Below the pieces are notes generated by a model. It did no database searches. It was given only the letters and a program-made list of their open reading frames with translations, and was not told the DNA's origin. From Magallana gigas (lineage: Eukaryota), in contig NC_088854.1 of the NCBI RefSeq assembly GCF_963853765.1, forward strand, positions 39,308,001 to 39,372,000: 64,000 bases of DNA. The letters are read 5' to 3'. Position 1 is the first letter of the stretch. Every line of letters begins with the position of its first letter. Both the position numbers and the translations under genes were made by a program. Shown piece after piece: positions 38,321 to 51,623 of the stretch.

Positions 38321-40772
38321 ATTGCCGTGTGTCAAGGTCGAATGAGCATCTAAATATACCGGTATATACCAGGCTTTTCAAAAGTGCATCATCATGTTAA
38401 TAACTTCAATTCTTTTCATAGAGAAAGTGATCATCAAATTACCACTAAGCACGCAAGAGGCTGGTGTACGAACAACCAGCACCATCCACTCTTTCTTAAA
38501 TTTCAGCGACATCCATTCCACGTACAATAGTTAAGAATTTATCTACATGTTATTATATTGCAGTTACTGGTTTCCTTTGTCAGTTCATGAGGTTAACTTT
38601 TTTTTTAGCTACGACCATTACAATGAAAATCATATTATTCTTCTTATAATGAATAACATTAACAAGAATTTCATTTCACTCAATGGCATTATAATGTTAT
38701 TCTTCTGAGGAAAGGGGAGGGGGGGGGCTGATACTAAGAAAGTACTTTACAGAGGAAGTCTTTAATGTAATTTTACTAGTACTAGTTTGTTTTCCCTCAA
38801 GGACTTCATTTCTCCTTTTTTAATTTGCAGTATGGACTGGCAGTCACACTGCTATATAATTCGATGCTTTAGCCTTTTTTTTTTATAAACATATCTATCA
38901 AACCTCATTTGCATTTTTTAAAATGTATTGATATGACTTAATTTCTGGATTGTGCTTTTTTAAAGACTTCCTGTTTAATACATTACTTCCAACTTGCCTA
39001 AAGGCAGGATATTAAATTCATATATACACATGAAAAATATATAACTAAAAAAATGTGTCATGCTTTCTAGTTGGCTTACATATACTGTAAACGTGTACAT
39101 ATGAAGCAGAATATAGACAGGATGTTTTAAACCCAGTGTGCATGAAGCTTATCAACGTGATATTGTCATGAAGAGATCGTCTTCTTTTTCCCCATGGTAA
39201 GTTGTCGCTAGTCTCTTTTTCTTTTAAAAGCCTAACGTAATCATAGCCCCAAAACATCCTTTTCAATTTCATTTCAATTGTACGCTAAGTAAGTTTAAAG
39301 TCGCCTAGTATTTCTATGTACAGTGCAGCGAAGCCTTGGTGAGTATATATCTACATGTATATCATTATAGTAGTAATTCTGTTCTATAATGGACAAAAAT
39401 TAAACCGATCAGACAATATTTTCAATCTTCCCGTTTCCAATCATCTTTAACGATACTTGATTGTTTTGCCTTTATTAATTCCCCCTATTGTAGCTATCCA
39501 CTCTTTGTATCGTTCATCAACCTTGTTTGTGGGTGGGGTCTGACAGGTGGTGTTCTTTCCAACCACTGTAAGATTCACAACAAGTATTTCTAAATTATAA
39601 TTCCTATCAAGTTGACGACAAGAAGGGGGGGGGGGTGTTTGTTTATTGATTTAAATTTGATGAATAATAAACTTCTCATAGGAAGGAAAGACACGAGGAA
39701 GTTGAGAAAACAGAAGAATGACAGGAAATCTATTAATAGAATAAAGTAATAATCTCTCGCCTTTCGGTAAGTTAAACCATGGAATTGTTTGGAGGTTTTA
39801 TCTTAAGATTCAATAACCTATTTAAAGACAATCTTAAAAACAAAATCTCAAGTTCATCGCTTTCAAATGATTAATGAATTTTTTTCTTGAACCATACTGT
39901 CTTTTAAGGGTCAATGTTTTAAACCCGATGAAGAGTCAACATACCATGAAGTATCAAATATAATAGTATATTGTGTTACAAAATTGACAGAATTACTTAT
40001 AACTTGATTCTTGTCCATTGCAAACAATTGAGTTTTTTCTGCCTAAAAGCAAGGCTGAACACTTAAATTCATTATTTAACAAGCGTAATAATAAAATAAA
40101 CAAAGGAAATATCATCAACAATTTCATAGCACTGTAATAAGAGCACGTCCAAAAATCACTCAAAATCTATAATACAATATAGACTAGTGTGTATCCGTAA
40201 TTTGAATTTTTTTTTTAGCAATGAGATACTAAAGTACAGTCTGAATAAAGATATAAAATTATATGAAAGAGGATTTTTACTTAAAACTATGTACATATAT
40301 GTAAACTGGTTTTACTTGTGTTTTCCTTAATTTTCTTGTTTCTTTGCAGTTTGTTTTCTATTTACTTTTTTAATAGGTAAAATCCCTTTTTCTCATGTTG
40401 TTAGATTTCCAGTAAATGTATTTACTGTATTGTGCACATCAGTATATCTTAATTAGTTGAAATTAAATAGAGATAGATCAACAGACTTTCAGCGTATAAT
40501 AAGGAAACTACTTGTCGAGGTTTATTTACTCTGTATCTATCCGCCCTTTCCTACACTCCAAGGATGAGTATACAATAATGCATTCAACAAATCATTCGAA
40601 GACAGTCCTTATTTCCGTTAACGTACTTTCCTTCAACTTGTCATTTCCGCACAATTATAATTAGTTATAATTCTAATCTCAATCTTTTGTTTCAAATTGA
40701 TCAGCTGTACCATAACCAATCGACATTTATTTACAGATACATTACAAATTCAGGAAAATGTGACGAACAGCG

Positions 40773-42884
40773 ATGGAAGTGAAAATAACAGTTTTGTGGT
40801 CTTTTATCCTTCTGCAACTTGTTGTTTCTGAACGATGTGGGGATGGATATTGCAAGTGTTCGAAGGCTCGAAAAGTTGCCACGTGTATGTCTAGAAGGAG
40901 GCAATTAAATTACTTTCCTTCATTGCCCACTTACGTAAAGCAGCTCAGATACAGTGGCAACTATCTACCCCACCTTACTCGAGACTTAATGATTAATTTG
41001 ACCAGGGTCAATCTAGAACAACTCTATTTAGAAGATAATGTGATGTTCAAAGTTGATCCAGATGCCTTTGAGAATTTGACAACTCTAGTTAAACTTCAAA
41101 TTTCTCATGACATGATACTCAATGCCAGTATTGTTGCACAAGTTCTCCATAATGTGAGTCGTTCTGTTAAAAAGTTAGTATTAAACCACAACAAATGGAA
41201 TTCGATACCGGACAACATCTTTGATGGTCTAAAAGATTCAAACATTCATTTCATCGACTTGTCTTTTAACAACTTGCATTCATTCAACGGTTTGAGGATT
41301 TTTCGAAATATTCCAAATCTTAAATACTTGATTTTGGATGGAAACCCCATATTGGACAGTGATACAGATTTCCATAACATGGAATATATATTTAAATTAA
41401 GTTTACAATATACGTTCATACAAAACGTTCCCACATTTTGTGATGACAATGGGGAAAGTCTTCTGCCCCGCATGCGATCTCTTAATTTGGACCATTCTTC
41501 ATTACGATCCATCTCTCGAAACGATTTTATTTGTCTGCCCGATCTTTGGAAATTGTCACTTTCATTTACAGGCATCACCGTGATACAAAATGACACGTTT
41601 TTGGATATGCCAGTACTTCAGACTCTTATGTTACAAAATGTGGTGAGGCTCAGACGCTTAGAATATTTCGCGTTTCGCTCTGCTTCTCTTCAATCGTTCA
41701 AATTTGGGTCGTCAAAATTTAAATTTGACAACAAAGGTCGATACAATAATGATTTGTTTAAGTTTGCGCCAAACATAACAAATATTGAGCTATTCGACAA
41801 TCAGATTTCTGATGGATCTACTCTGAAAACACTTTTGTGGAACTTGATTAAGTTGCAGAAGTTGAATCTCCAGGGATGTGGGATAAATTATCTTGCACGT
41901 GGAACATTCGATAGAATGCCAGATCTTCGAACAATCATCTTAAAAGGCAACAGCTTGTACGGGTGGGATCCAACCATGTTTAACAAACTTTTCAATTTAA
42001 GAGCCCTGTATTTATCAGGGAACAGTGTTGCCGTTGTTAACAGGACTTCTCTTGCGTTTATCGGCAAAATTAATCTCAAATTTATTGATTTAGCAGACAA
42101 TCCGTTTGCATGTACCTGTCAACAGCTTTGGTTCCGTGACTGGTTAAAAACAGCCAAAAATATTACAGTTGCCTTTTATCCGAAGAGATATGTCTGTAGA
42201 TCTCCCCCTAAATGGGACAATACTTTGGTAGCTTTATTCAATTACACCGAAGAAGATTGTCGGGAGAAAAATCCTTGGATTTTGATAGGAAGTGTTCTAG
42301 GATCGGTTGTTTTTGTGTGCATGGTTGTCGTCATCGTCATATACACACATCTTCCGACCGTCAGAAATATCATCTACTTGATTCGTTTACGCAGGAAAGG
42401 CTACGTGAGACTGGTGAACTCCGAGGAGTACATGTTTGACTGTTATGTCGTTAGCTGTGAAACTGATGAACAATGGGTGTTCCAAACTCTGTCATCTACT
42501 TTAGAGGTTAAACATTCTTATCGTTTGTGTATACCTACAAGAGATTTTGACATCGGTGCAAGTATAGCTGATCAGATTGAAGAAAAAATGAGGGAAAGTA
42601 AGAAAATCATCATTGTGATGTCAAACGATTTTGCTCAGGACGAATGGTGTCAGTTTCAGCTAGAGAAAGCACAGGAGCGGATCCGAAACCAAGGAGAAGA
42701 AGCTGTTGTGTCAATCATGCTGCACGATATTGATCATAAACATATGACATCAACCATCAAGAATTTGTTACGTAAAAGTTCGTATGCTACTTGGGTGAAA
42801 GGTAAAATTGTCAGTAAGCTGTTCTGGGACATTGTTGTTGCAGCTATAGAAAAACCTTTTGGTAATCCACCAATTGCTGTTTGA
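40773..42884 (+). CDS. Toll-like receptor A (single coding exon, 703 aa; single-cysteine-cluster type)
   Basis: Signal peptide, LRR-NT (CGDGYCKC...ATC), LRRs, LRR-CT (NPFACTCQQLWFRDWL...YVCRSP...DC), TM (WILIGSVLGSVVFVCMVVVIVIY), TIR (FDCYVV...LCIPTRDF...IIVMSNDFAQDEWC). Confidence 0.97.
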   Translation: MEVKITVLWSFILLQLVVSERCGDGYCKCSKARKVATCMSRRRQLNYFPSLPTYVKQLRYSGNYLPHLTRDLMINLTRVNLEQLYLEDNVMFKVDPDAFENLTTLVKLQISHDMILNASIVAQVLHNVSRSVKKLVLNHNKWNSIPDNIFDGLKDSNIHFIDLSFNNLHSFNGLRIFRNIPNLKYLILDGNPILDSDTDFHNMEYIFKLSLQYTFIQNVPTFCDDNGESLLPRMRSLNLDHSSLRSISRNDFICLPDLWKLSLSFTGITVIQNDTFLDMPVLQTLMLQNVVRLRRLEYFAFRSASLQSFKFGSSKFKFDNKGRYNNDLFKFAPNITNIELFDNQISDGSTLKTLLWNLIKLQKLNLQGCGINYLARGTFDRMPDLRTIILKGNSLYGWDPTMFNKLFNLRALYLSGNSVAVVNRTSLAFIGKINLKFIDLADNPFACTCQQLWFRDWLKTAKNITVAFYPKRYVCRSPPKWDNTLVALFNYTEEDCREKNPWILIGSVLGSVVFVCMVVVIVIYTHLPTVRNIIYLIRLRRKGYVRLVNSEEYMFDCYVVSCETDEQWVFQTLSSTLEVKHSYRLCIPTRDFDIGASIADQIEEKMRESKKIIIVMSNDFAQDEWCQFQLEKAQERIRNQGEEAVVSIMLHDIDHKHMTSTIKNLLRKSSYATWVKGKIVSKLFWDIVVAAIEKPFGNPPIAV

Positions 42885-45108
42885 CGAAAGTCGGTGCCGA
42901 TCACCGGGTCTTCATTCAACACATAAGAGACTTACTGAAATTGTCACTTACACTTATTTGTTATGAAATATTTTATTACAAAAAGGACAATGGAACATTC
43001 TCAGTATTAACTGTAGCAGTATTGTTGTGAAAATGAAATTCATTTTTGTAGAGTATCTTATTGCATAATAATTAATTCATGAGTACTCTGAAAAATAAAA
43101 AAAATAACCCAAACATATTCAAATCATTATCCGTCTTTATACCTATCCATTCCATAACCTCCTTGATCTTAACTGAAAAGTGGGTAATCCATTGAATAAA
43201 TACGTGGTCGATAAATAAATACGTCACGATAAATATAAAAAATCGTACAATAAATAAATCATAAATACGATAAGTATAAATTGTACTTTTAAATACATCA
43301 CTGTGCAATACTGCCTGCATGGCAAAATTATGTTATCAACGTTGTAATAATAACGTAGAAAGTTATTGGGAAAACATTTTAAACACTGTTTTATTCACGA
43401 GATGTACTACAGTAAAATATTGATAATTGACTTTGAGGAGGTTAGTGGTCAAAACATTACCAATCAGATCTAACTTAAATTTTAATATGATATTTTTGGT
43501 CAGAAACAATTATTTATATGAGGAAAAATCCACATATTTAAGGTTTAAAGTTGAACATTTCGTCTAAGTAGATTATCATAGCGTTAAAATGGTCACGACC
43601 GTCAAGTACTCTTAAGGAATGAACTCATTAAGTTTATAATTAGTTACAAATGATACTATAATGTATTTATACTTTACTGAAGAGTTGACGCCCAAGCGAC
43701 TTTTATCTGTAAGTAAGGAAGTATCTTGTTCGCTAAATTTTCTCTGTAGTACGTCATTACTTCAAAACATGCAAAGGATACAGACAAACATTGTGGGTTT
43801 TTTTTATTACTTCTTCTGTTGTATTTATGGTTTTGTTTCAGATTCCTCTTTCCGATCCCCAAAATTTCTTGTCTTCTCTTTTTTCGACCAAGTCTAACTG
43901 GAAATTGTCCCCCAAACCTCTCGTATTTCATCCTTGTCATTATCAGTCTCGTTTTTTATAGTTATATTTTTTATCTTTGGCCTTTGCTGTTTTACTTTTT
44001 TCCCCTCGGTTATAATTTGTCTATCTTCGCTGGAGGACTGGACGTTACTTTGCTGAAATTCTTTATTGCCTACTTCTACCTACTCTTGGACTCTTAAACA
44101 CTTTAAGTAGACTTTTTCGGTTAACCACCGAACGATGAAAATATCGGATAGTAAAACTAATATTCGGTTACTCAGATGAAAATACATTTTACATGGTAAG
44201 TTTTAGAAAATATCTATAATTAGCGTTAAATGCATACACATTTTCTTTATTTTAATTACCGTTGGACAGGTCTCTTGGTTTACAGATTTTCACAGTTTGT
44301 ATAATTGTTTCAGTGAGTGAAGCTTTGATTACCAGGGTATATAAGACCTGAGTAAGGCTGAGTTAATATTATACCTCATTTAGATCCTTACTAGTGAGAG
44401 TAACTTTTTAGTAAGTGTTGAAATATTTTAAAAGAGCAGCGGATTTAAGTTTTTATGTAGATTTTGTGTGTTTTTTAATTTGTAATTGTAAATAAAGTTA
44501 ATAAACAGTACATTANNNNNNNNNNNNNNNNNNNNNNNNNNNNNNNNNNNNNNNNNNNNNNNNNNNNNNNNNNNNNNNNNNNNNNNNNNNNNNNNNNNNN
44601 NNNNNNNNNNNNNNNNNNNNNNNNNNNNNNNNNNNNNNNNNNNNNNNNNNNNNNNNNNNNNNNNNNNNNNNNATAGGATCATAAATTTGTGTCCAAAAAA
44701 CTTTTGCCATGTAATTGCATTATTAAGAAAAAAAAAATGAAATAAAACGAGTCAAAATCTTAATCATATACATAACGTTTTTACAGACAAATCCACATTT
44801 TGTCATTTATTTGCCCAAGTTCTTTTTTACTTCTTTCTTGTAGGGACCTTTGAACAGGGTTTAAAGTATATTTAAAGTCATCATCAGACGTGTTGATTGC
44901 ATTCGTTCATAACGTTTACAAGTACTTCCCTCCCAACCGTCCTTAGTATTATGCTGCCATCACTAAGTGGAAAGGAAATTACATGTACCATCTCATCATC
45001 TTTAGGGTGGTATGGGACAGCACCATATCCTATCAAAATAAATAATAATATCATGTAAAATTTTATAAATATTTTCTTTCCCAAGTATAAACCCTTTTCC
45101 TTATAATT

Positions 45109-45414
45109 TCAGTTATCAAGAGACGCGCACGCATCAAAATGGGATTTATAATCTAACCATGAATGAGTCCCATCAAACGTTGCAGGCTTAATATTACATT
45201 TGGCCATAGTCTTTTTATCTTGGTCTCTCTTTTCATTACAATTATCCTCAATGCGGTCTATCCGCCGAGGGAATGCGCTTTCTGCATCAGCGTTTACTTC
45301 AAACTGCTCTGTCCGTTCTAACGGCCTTTGTGCATGCGCTGATGTTTGATGTAGCGCATCCGCCGTTAAATGATCAAGCACTTTAGCTCTCAGTGGATGC
45401 GCAAAGGAGTTCAA
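45109..45414 (-). mobile_element. Gypsy/Ty3 gag-like fragment
   Basis: Peptide KPATFDGTHSWLDYKSHFDACA resembles the Gypsy gag P.TFDG..W..Y...F motif; no LTR or pol seen (the gap at 44516-44672 is nearby). Confidence 0.6.
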
Positions 45415-45810
45415 ATCCGAAGAGGGCTTTTATAAGTATTTACTTTTTCGAAATTTTTTAAACATACATTTTTGGACAAATATTGTAAAAATGGAATATT
45501 CTAAACCGATGTAAGTATTTTGATTATAAAGTACTTTTATCCATATCTGTATCGACTGGTGTCCCATACCAACTTAAATAACCCTTGTGAACACACTTTT
45601 CATTCTTCCTTGAAATGCCGTTATTCCAATTGGCATGACACCAAATGGGGAAAGTTAAAAGCATTAATTCAAATTTAGAGATATGTTTCATATTTTATAA
45701 TTGATGTAAGGAGCTTGAGTTAGTATTTATCATTCAGAATGTGTTAGCACAATTATAAACGACGGAATTTTGTATGACTTTAAACAATCTTATTGCGAAA
45801 GTTACTTGTG

Positions 45811-45816
<6 letters not shown>

Positions 45817-45878
<62 letters not shown>
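45817..45878. repeat. (AG)n microsatellite
   Basis: Direct run. Confidence 0.95.
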
Positions 45879-45880
<2 letters not shown>

Positions 45881-48800
45881 GGACAGACAGATGAGTTGGC
45901 ATTTTATATTAAATTTATTGATTACTGTTTATAAATAAAGCTTTACATGGATCAAAAAATAAAACTCAAATTTGACTTGTTAGAAGCGTCATCATGTCAG
46001 CTTAGCAGTTCTCACTAGCATGTTCAAAAAGAATTATTAATTAACATAAATTTTAATCCGTCATTTTTAAATATTTGAAACATTGGGAACCCAATGATAG
46101 TTGGTAACGATAGTGATTCATGATAGTTTAAAATGGTATATCTTACAAAAGATGCCCAGTTAAAAGGTCTACCAAATGGCATACAAAAGAACGATATACA
46201 TGAATGTACATGGAATAGATGGATACATAAATATATCAAAATTGTTGTCAATTGATATTTGATCTACCAAAAAATGAAAAACATTGAACCTATGGTTTAT
46301 TCTATCCCATTGGAGAAGTGATTCAAAACATTTTGCTTAAGAAACGTTGAATCCCCTCTTATTTACACATCAAATTGGAGAAAGGTTCGTTGAATATACT
46401 TAGTATTATGACGATGAGTTATCCCTATCTGATTTACATATGATTTAATATTTATTACATTAATAAGATACTAGCACTTTTGATTGATCGAAACTTCGTT
46501 AGAAACCTGTATCAATAGTTTTAGCCGATTTTTCTTCTTCTCTTCTGGTGTTGTATTATTAATTGTACGTGAATTTCCGAAATCAACACTTGCAAGCTAT
46601 GGCCTTTCAATCGTTAGCAAACAAAATATAACTACATAAAAATAAAAATGAGACATACACTGTAACAATGCTTGAAATATACACAATACACCCATATTAA
46701 CTCATGAAACATATTAATAAATGTTTTCTTACGAGCTCGTATGCATGCTTTACTGTGAACAATTTTGAATTTACTGACTGTTCAATGAATTATGTTTATA
46801 CTGTCTCGCTTACTTTGCCATTCAAATTCTTAACGGGGAGAAGATTTAGACAACAAACAACAAATGTACAATGTACATATTAACCATCAGAATACAATGC
46901 TTACAACATTGTCACATCGCACATCCCAACATCGAGCAGATAATACACCAATGGGGTGCCACATTGATGTGCAGACTACTACAATATAAAAAATAAAACA
47001 ACCATAGTTATAATGATAAAATGATTTATTTATGAATCAATCATACAACGTAAATCGTTCCATCCAGTCTATACATTTTAAGCGATTAACTTGATATAAT
47101 ATTTTCCGTATTTCGCTTTCCATACCGCTTTCCGCTCTGTTATCTGTTCCATGTTTTATCAACACCCATATTTGCCATAGTCGCATATACATACATATTT
47201 GCTGTCGACATGTCAGCTATTTTGTCCACGGCCGCGTCCCTTTGCATCAAGCCAACTAAGACTCCACTTGCACTCTACATATACTGGCCCAAACACCTAA
47301 TGGTAGCCAGTATTCAACGAATCTTGTTGCATGTTGCAGCATATCATAAATCATCAACTGTTCTATTCCTTCGTTTTCAACTAAGTTCAGTCTTTTCAAA
47401 TTTCAACTTTGAATTTGTGTCTAGTTTATTTGATTCGTCAGATGAAGACCATTCATTTAAATGTGTTCCTGTTATTGCTGTTTTCCTAGGCGACGCTCCA
47501 AATACCAAACAAATAATCAGTTGCCAACCTTTTATGTAAAACAAGAATTATTTAGGCGTTTCCCACTAATGACAAGTTGGTTTTTCCTTAACGACCATGA
47601 CATCTGAAACTAAAGGAGCATTTATTAGATACACTGATTTATTCATTTTCTTAGAAGTTCAATAAGTATTTCAATGTTAATGTCTATAAGGTTTTTGGTG
47701 TACCTCATTTTAGGTAAGTGTTTACTTTAGTATATGAATGAAATTCATTTTAAAAAAAATTAAGAAATCTTTGTGTTATGTTTTTAGTGTGGTAAAATCC
47801 ATTGGTGGGGAATGCATACAGAGAAGTCTAACTTTACGAACATAAAATAGTCATACTGGTCCATCTATCGGGAAAATAGCTCAAAGTTATGCTTATCGCA
47901 ATCGAAATTTTGACAATATTTTTGCCTTTTTTTGGACAGTTGGATTAGTCTATTGAACTTGACATACAAAGTATTTAAGGCATTCTTCTTCAGGGAAAGT
48001 ATTTTTTCAGGTAATACCCCGGTAATGCAAGTGTTTTCCGATACAGGGTTAAATGCAATAAAATCATTTTTAAATAGAATACTAAGAAACTATATTTCAA
48101 AATTAGGTAAAATTTAAATTTAAAGAATGATAACAATTGATAAGTTAAAATAAAAAACGAAGCAATTTTTTAAAAATTTTAGAGAATCAGTAATGATTTT
48201 TCCTTAAGATTGGCACATATCAAACTTTTATAATTACATCTTTTAATAATTATAAGTTTATTTTCATTTGTTGTGAGGAGAAGCAGCTTCCTCACACAAA
48301 GTCTCTTTATTTGCATTTTGTTCTTAAAGGACTACATCTAAATTAAAAGGAGGACCATGTGCCGTAACGGTCACCTGAGTATAACATCGATGGGACAGAT
48401 CATCTAGATGAAATTTTAAACGCTTTATAAGAATACAGTCGTGTGTGCTCTAACCCTAAAAAAAAGAGAAAACTTAACAGAATTAGATATTTTATAATGT
48501 GTATTTAACAACAAGACAGAGGGATAATATGATAACCCATACTGCACTTTTTAGTTATTCGTCAAAGTGGTTGAGTTCCGTGAATTATTGGTCGATAAAG
48601 TCTTGCGCATTTACAACCAGTGCTGTATAATTTCAAACCTCCGTGAAAGTAACCCTTGTGCATCTTAACCTTACAGACATTTTGCCTGATATGCTCCTAT
48701 ATGAGACGAGAAAGGTCACATGACATAACTAAACGATGCACGTATTTGCAGATTTGTGCAAGAGTGCGGGGAAATTGAGAGAACATGGCGGAAGAGACAT

Positions 48801-49490
48801 AACAACAAATTTATCTACAGAATTGAAAGATATGAAAATACTCATGACGTTGGCAAATTCTTTATTCCATCATCACTTTCCTTATGAAAAAATACATGTT
48901 AACAACACCAATAAACATATTGATCACCATTTTTCACACCTGATCAGACCAAAAAAAAAGAGTTGAAAGACAATTCGTCACAAGGGCCCATTGACTCAAA
49001 ACCTGTCTTTTTTATGTCTTTGTCTTCTTCCTTCGTTAATCTCATAATACGTTGGCCACTGCCAGCATGCACAATTTTTATCTCCTAAAAAAACACGTGA
49101 CAGCTTGTGATGATGAATATTTCAAACTGAGGCGTTAATCTTACAGTCCGGACCAAATTGTAAAATATATATATGAAAATTATACTCAATAATTTTTTGT
49201 GTTTGATGTTGTAAATAATACAATTTGCAGAATTTTTTGACATTTATAGGTTGTTGGAAAAAACCACGAACATTCTTTTCTTTTAAAACATTCACTAAAT
49301 ACGACATAAGAGCTCTGATAAGAATTACTCCATGAACAAATCATTCTGAGGATTATATTACAATAGTTTCCGCCAAAGTGCTAAAGTTCAGCTTATTACT
49401 TCCGCGTCAATGACGAGTTATACATGAAGTATATTTTCGTTAAAACCATATAACAATTTAATTTTACAGCGACGGGACAGTATCGGTGCT

Positions 49491-51623
49491 ATGAGATATA
49501 GAGCAATGAACGTAAAAAGAACATTTTTGTGGTGCCTTTTTCTCGTTGGACTTGTTGTGTCTGAACGATGTGGAGACGGTTATTGCAAGTGTAAAAGAGC
49601 CGAAAAAGTTGCCACATGTATGTCCAAAAAAAGACAGCTGAACTACTTTCCTACTCTGCCATCTTACGTTCAACAGCTCAAGTACAGCGGCAACTATCTT
49701 CCAAACCTTACTCGAGACTCTCTCATCAATATGACCAGGCTAAATCTCACAGGACTCAATCTAGACAATAATATGATGAAAAATGTTGATCCAAACGCTT
49801 TCGAAGATTTGATATATCTCGTTAAACTTCAAATTTCCCACGACAAGATACTTAATGGAAATATTCTTGCCAGTGCTCTTCATAATGTGAGTCGTTCCGT
49901 CGAAAAGTTAGTTTTGCAGCACAACAAATGGGATTGGATACCTGACAACGTGTTCGATGGTCTAAATGGCTCAAATGTTTACTATATCGATCTCTCTTAT
50001 AACAACTTGCGTTCATTCAACGGTACACGGCTTCTGCTAAAAATTCCTAGACTGAAATACTTGATTTTAGATGAAAATCCCTTATCGCATAGTGATATCG
50101 ATTTTCATAACATGGAATATATGTTTAAAATAAGCTTACAAAATACATATATCCAAAAAGTTCCCACGTTTTGTGACGGCAATGGAGAAAGTTTTTTGCC
50201 TCGTTTGCGATCTCTCTATTTGGATCGCTCTTCAATGAAATCCGTTTCTAGAGACGATTTTCCCGGTAGATGTCTGCCATTTCTTTGGAAGTTGTCTCTC
50301 TCATTCTCAGACATCAGCAGTATTCAAAACGACACATTTGCTGGTTTGCCAGTGCTGAAGTATCTTTTGTTACAAAATATGGTCAAACTCAGACTCCTGG
50401 ATTATTTTGCTTTTCATTCTGCATCTCTTGAACTATTGAATCTTGGATCTTCAAAGTTTAAATTTGTTTACAAAGGTCGATACAATAATGATTTGTTTAA
50501 GTTTACACCAAACATGAACAATCTTTCTCTTTTCGACAATCAAATCACGGATGGTTCTACTTTGAAAACGCTTTTATGGCACCTGGTCAGACTGCAAAAG
50601 TTAAATCTTCAGAGCTGTGATTTAAATTATCTTGCACGTGGAACATTTGATAGAATGCTAGATCTTCGAATTATCATTTTAAAAGGCAATAGCTTGTACG
50701 GATGGGATCCCGACATGTTTAGCAAACTTTCAAATCTGAACACACTGTACCTGTCTGGAAACAATATTGCCGTTGTGAACCGAACCTCCCTTGAGTTCAT
50801 AGCTAAAATAAACCTTGAATATATTGACTTAGCAAACAATCCTTTAGCATGTTCCTGCCAACAGCTGTGGTTCCGTGACTGGCTAAAGGAAAGCAAAAAC
50901 ATAACAGTTCCTCACTATCCTAGCAGATATGTCTGTAGATCTCCCCCAGAATGGGACAAAAAAATGTTAGCTTCCTTCAATTACACCGAAGAAGATTGCC
51001 GGGAGAAAAATCCTTGGATTTTGATAGGAAGTGTTCTAGGATCGGTTGTTTTTGTGTGCATGGTTGTCGTCATCGTCATATACACACATCTTCCGACCGT
51101 CAGAAATATCATCTACTTGATTCGTTTACGCAGGAAAGGCTACGTGAGACTGGTGAACTCCGAGGAGTACATGTTTGACTGTTATGTCGTTAGCTGTGAA
51201 ACTGATGAACATTGGGTTTTTCAGACTTTGTATTCTACATTAGAAGACGAGTATGCTTTCCACCTGTGCATACCTTCAAGAGATTTTGATGTCGGTGAGA
51301 GCAAAGCTGATCAAATTGAAGAAAAGATGAAGGAAAGTAAGAAAATCATCATTGTGATGTCTAACGATTTTGCTCAGGACGAATGGTGTCAGTTTCAGCT
51401 AGAGAAAGCACAGGAGCGGATCCGAAATCAAGGAAAAGAAGCAGTGGTCCTCATCATGCTTCGTGACATTGATCACAAACACATGACGTCAACCATCAAG
51501 AATCTGTTACGTAAAAGTTCGTATGCAACATGGGTGAAAGGTAAAATCGCTACCAAGCTGTTCTGGGACATTGTTGTAGCTGCTATAGAAAAGCCTTTCG
51601 GAAACCCTCCTGTTGCTATTTGA
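49491..51623 (+). CDS. Toll-like receptor B (single coding exon; probable start at ATG 49506)
   Basis: Paralog of TLR A with the same LRR-NT/LRR/LRR-CT/TM/TIR layout. MNVKRTFLW (49506) aligns with MEVKITVLW of A. Confidence 0.97.
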   Translation: MRYRAMNVKRTFLWCLFLVGLVVSERCGDGYCKCKRAEKVATCMSKKRQLNYFPTLPSYVQQLKYSGNYLPNLTRDSLINMTRLNLTGLNLDNNMMKNVDPNAFEDLIYLVKLQISHDKILNGNILASALHNVSRSVEKLVLQHNKWDWIPDNVFDGLNGSNVYYIDLSYNNLRSFNGTRLLLKIPRLKYLILDENPLSHSDIDFHNMEYMFKISLQNTYIQKVPTFCDGNGESFLPRLRSLYLDRSSMKSVSRDDFPGRCLPFLWKLSLSFSDISSIQNDTFAGLPVLKYLLLQNMVKLRLLDYFAFHSASLELLNLGSSKFKFVYKGRYNNDLFKFTPNMNNLSLFDNQITDGSTLKTLLWHLVRLQKLNLQSCDLNYLARGTFDRMLDLRIIILKGNSLYGWDPDMFSKLSNLNTLYLSGNNIAVVNRTSLEFIAKINLEYIDLANNPLACSCQQLWFRDWLKESKNITVPHYPSRYVCRSPPEWDKKMLASFNYTEEDCREKNPWILIGSVLGSVVFVCMVVVIVIYTHLPTVRNIIYLIRLRRKGYVRLVNSEEYMFDCYVVSCETDEHWVFQTLYSTLEDEYAFHLCIPSRDFDVGESKADQIEEKMKESKKIIIVMSNDFAQDEWCQFQLEKAQERIRNQGKEAVVLIMLRDIDHKHMTSTIKNLLRKSSYATWVKGKIATKLFWDIVVAAIEKPFGNPPVAI

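Noticed and set aside
46880-47700. Possible pseudogene on - (CICDYGKYGC, EGF-like)
   Set aside because: Every frame has multiple stops and I could not find a consistent homology; this would need tBLASTn.
48736-48966. 76-aa ORF and a Kozak-like ATGGCG upstream of TLR B
   Set aside because: No recognisable domain; the ATGGCG frame stops after 5 codons.
1-51623. Functional cluster linking SLC5, laccase and TLR genes
   Set aside because: No shared regulatory motif or other sequence evidence; adjacency of expanded families is common in bivalve genomes.
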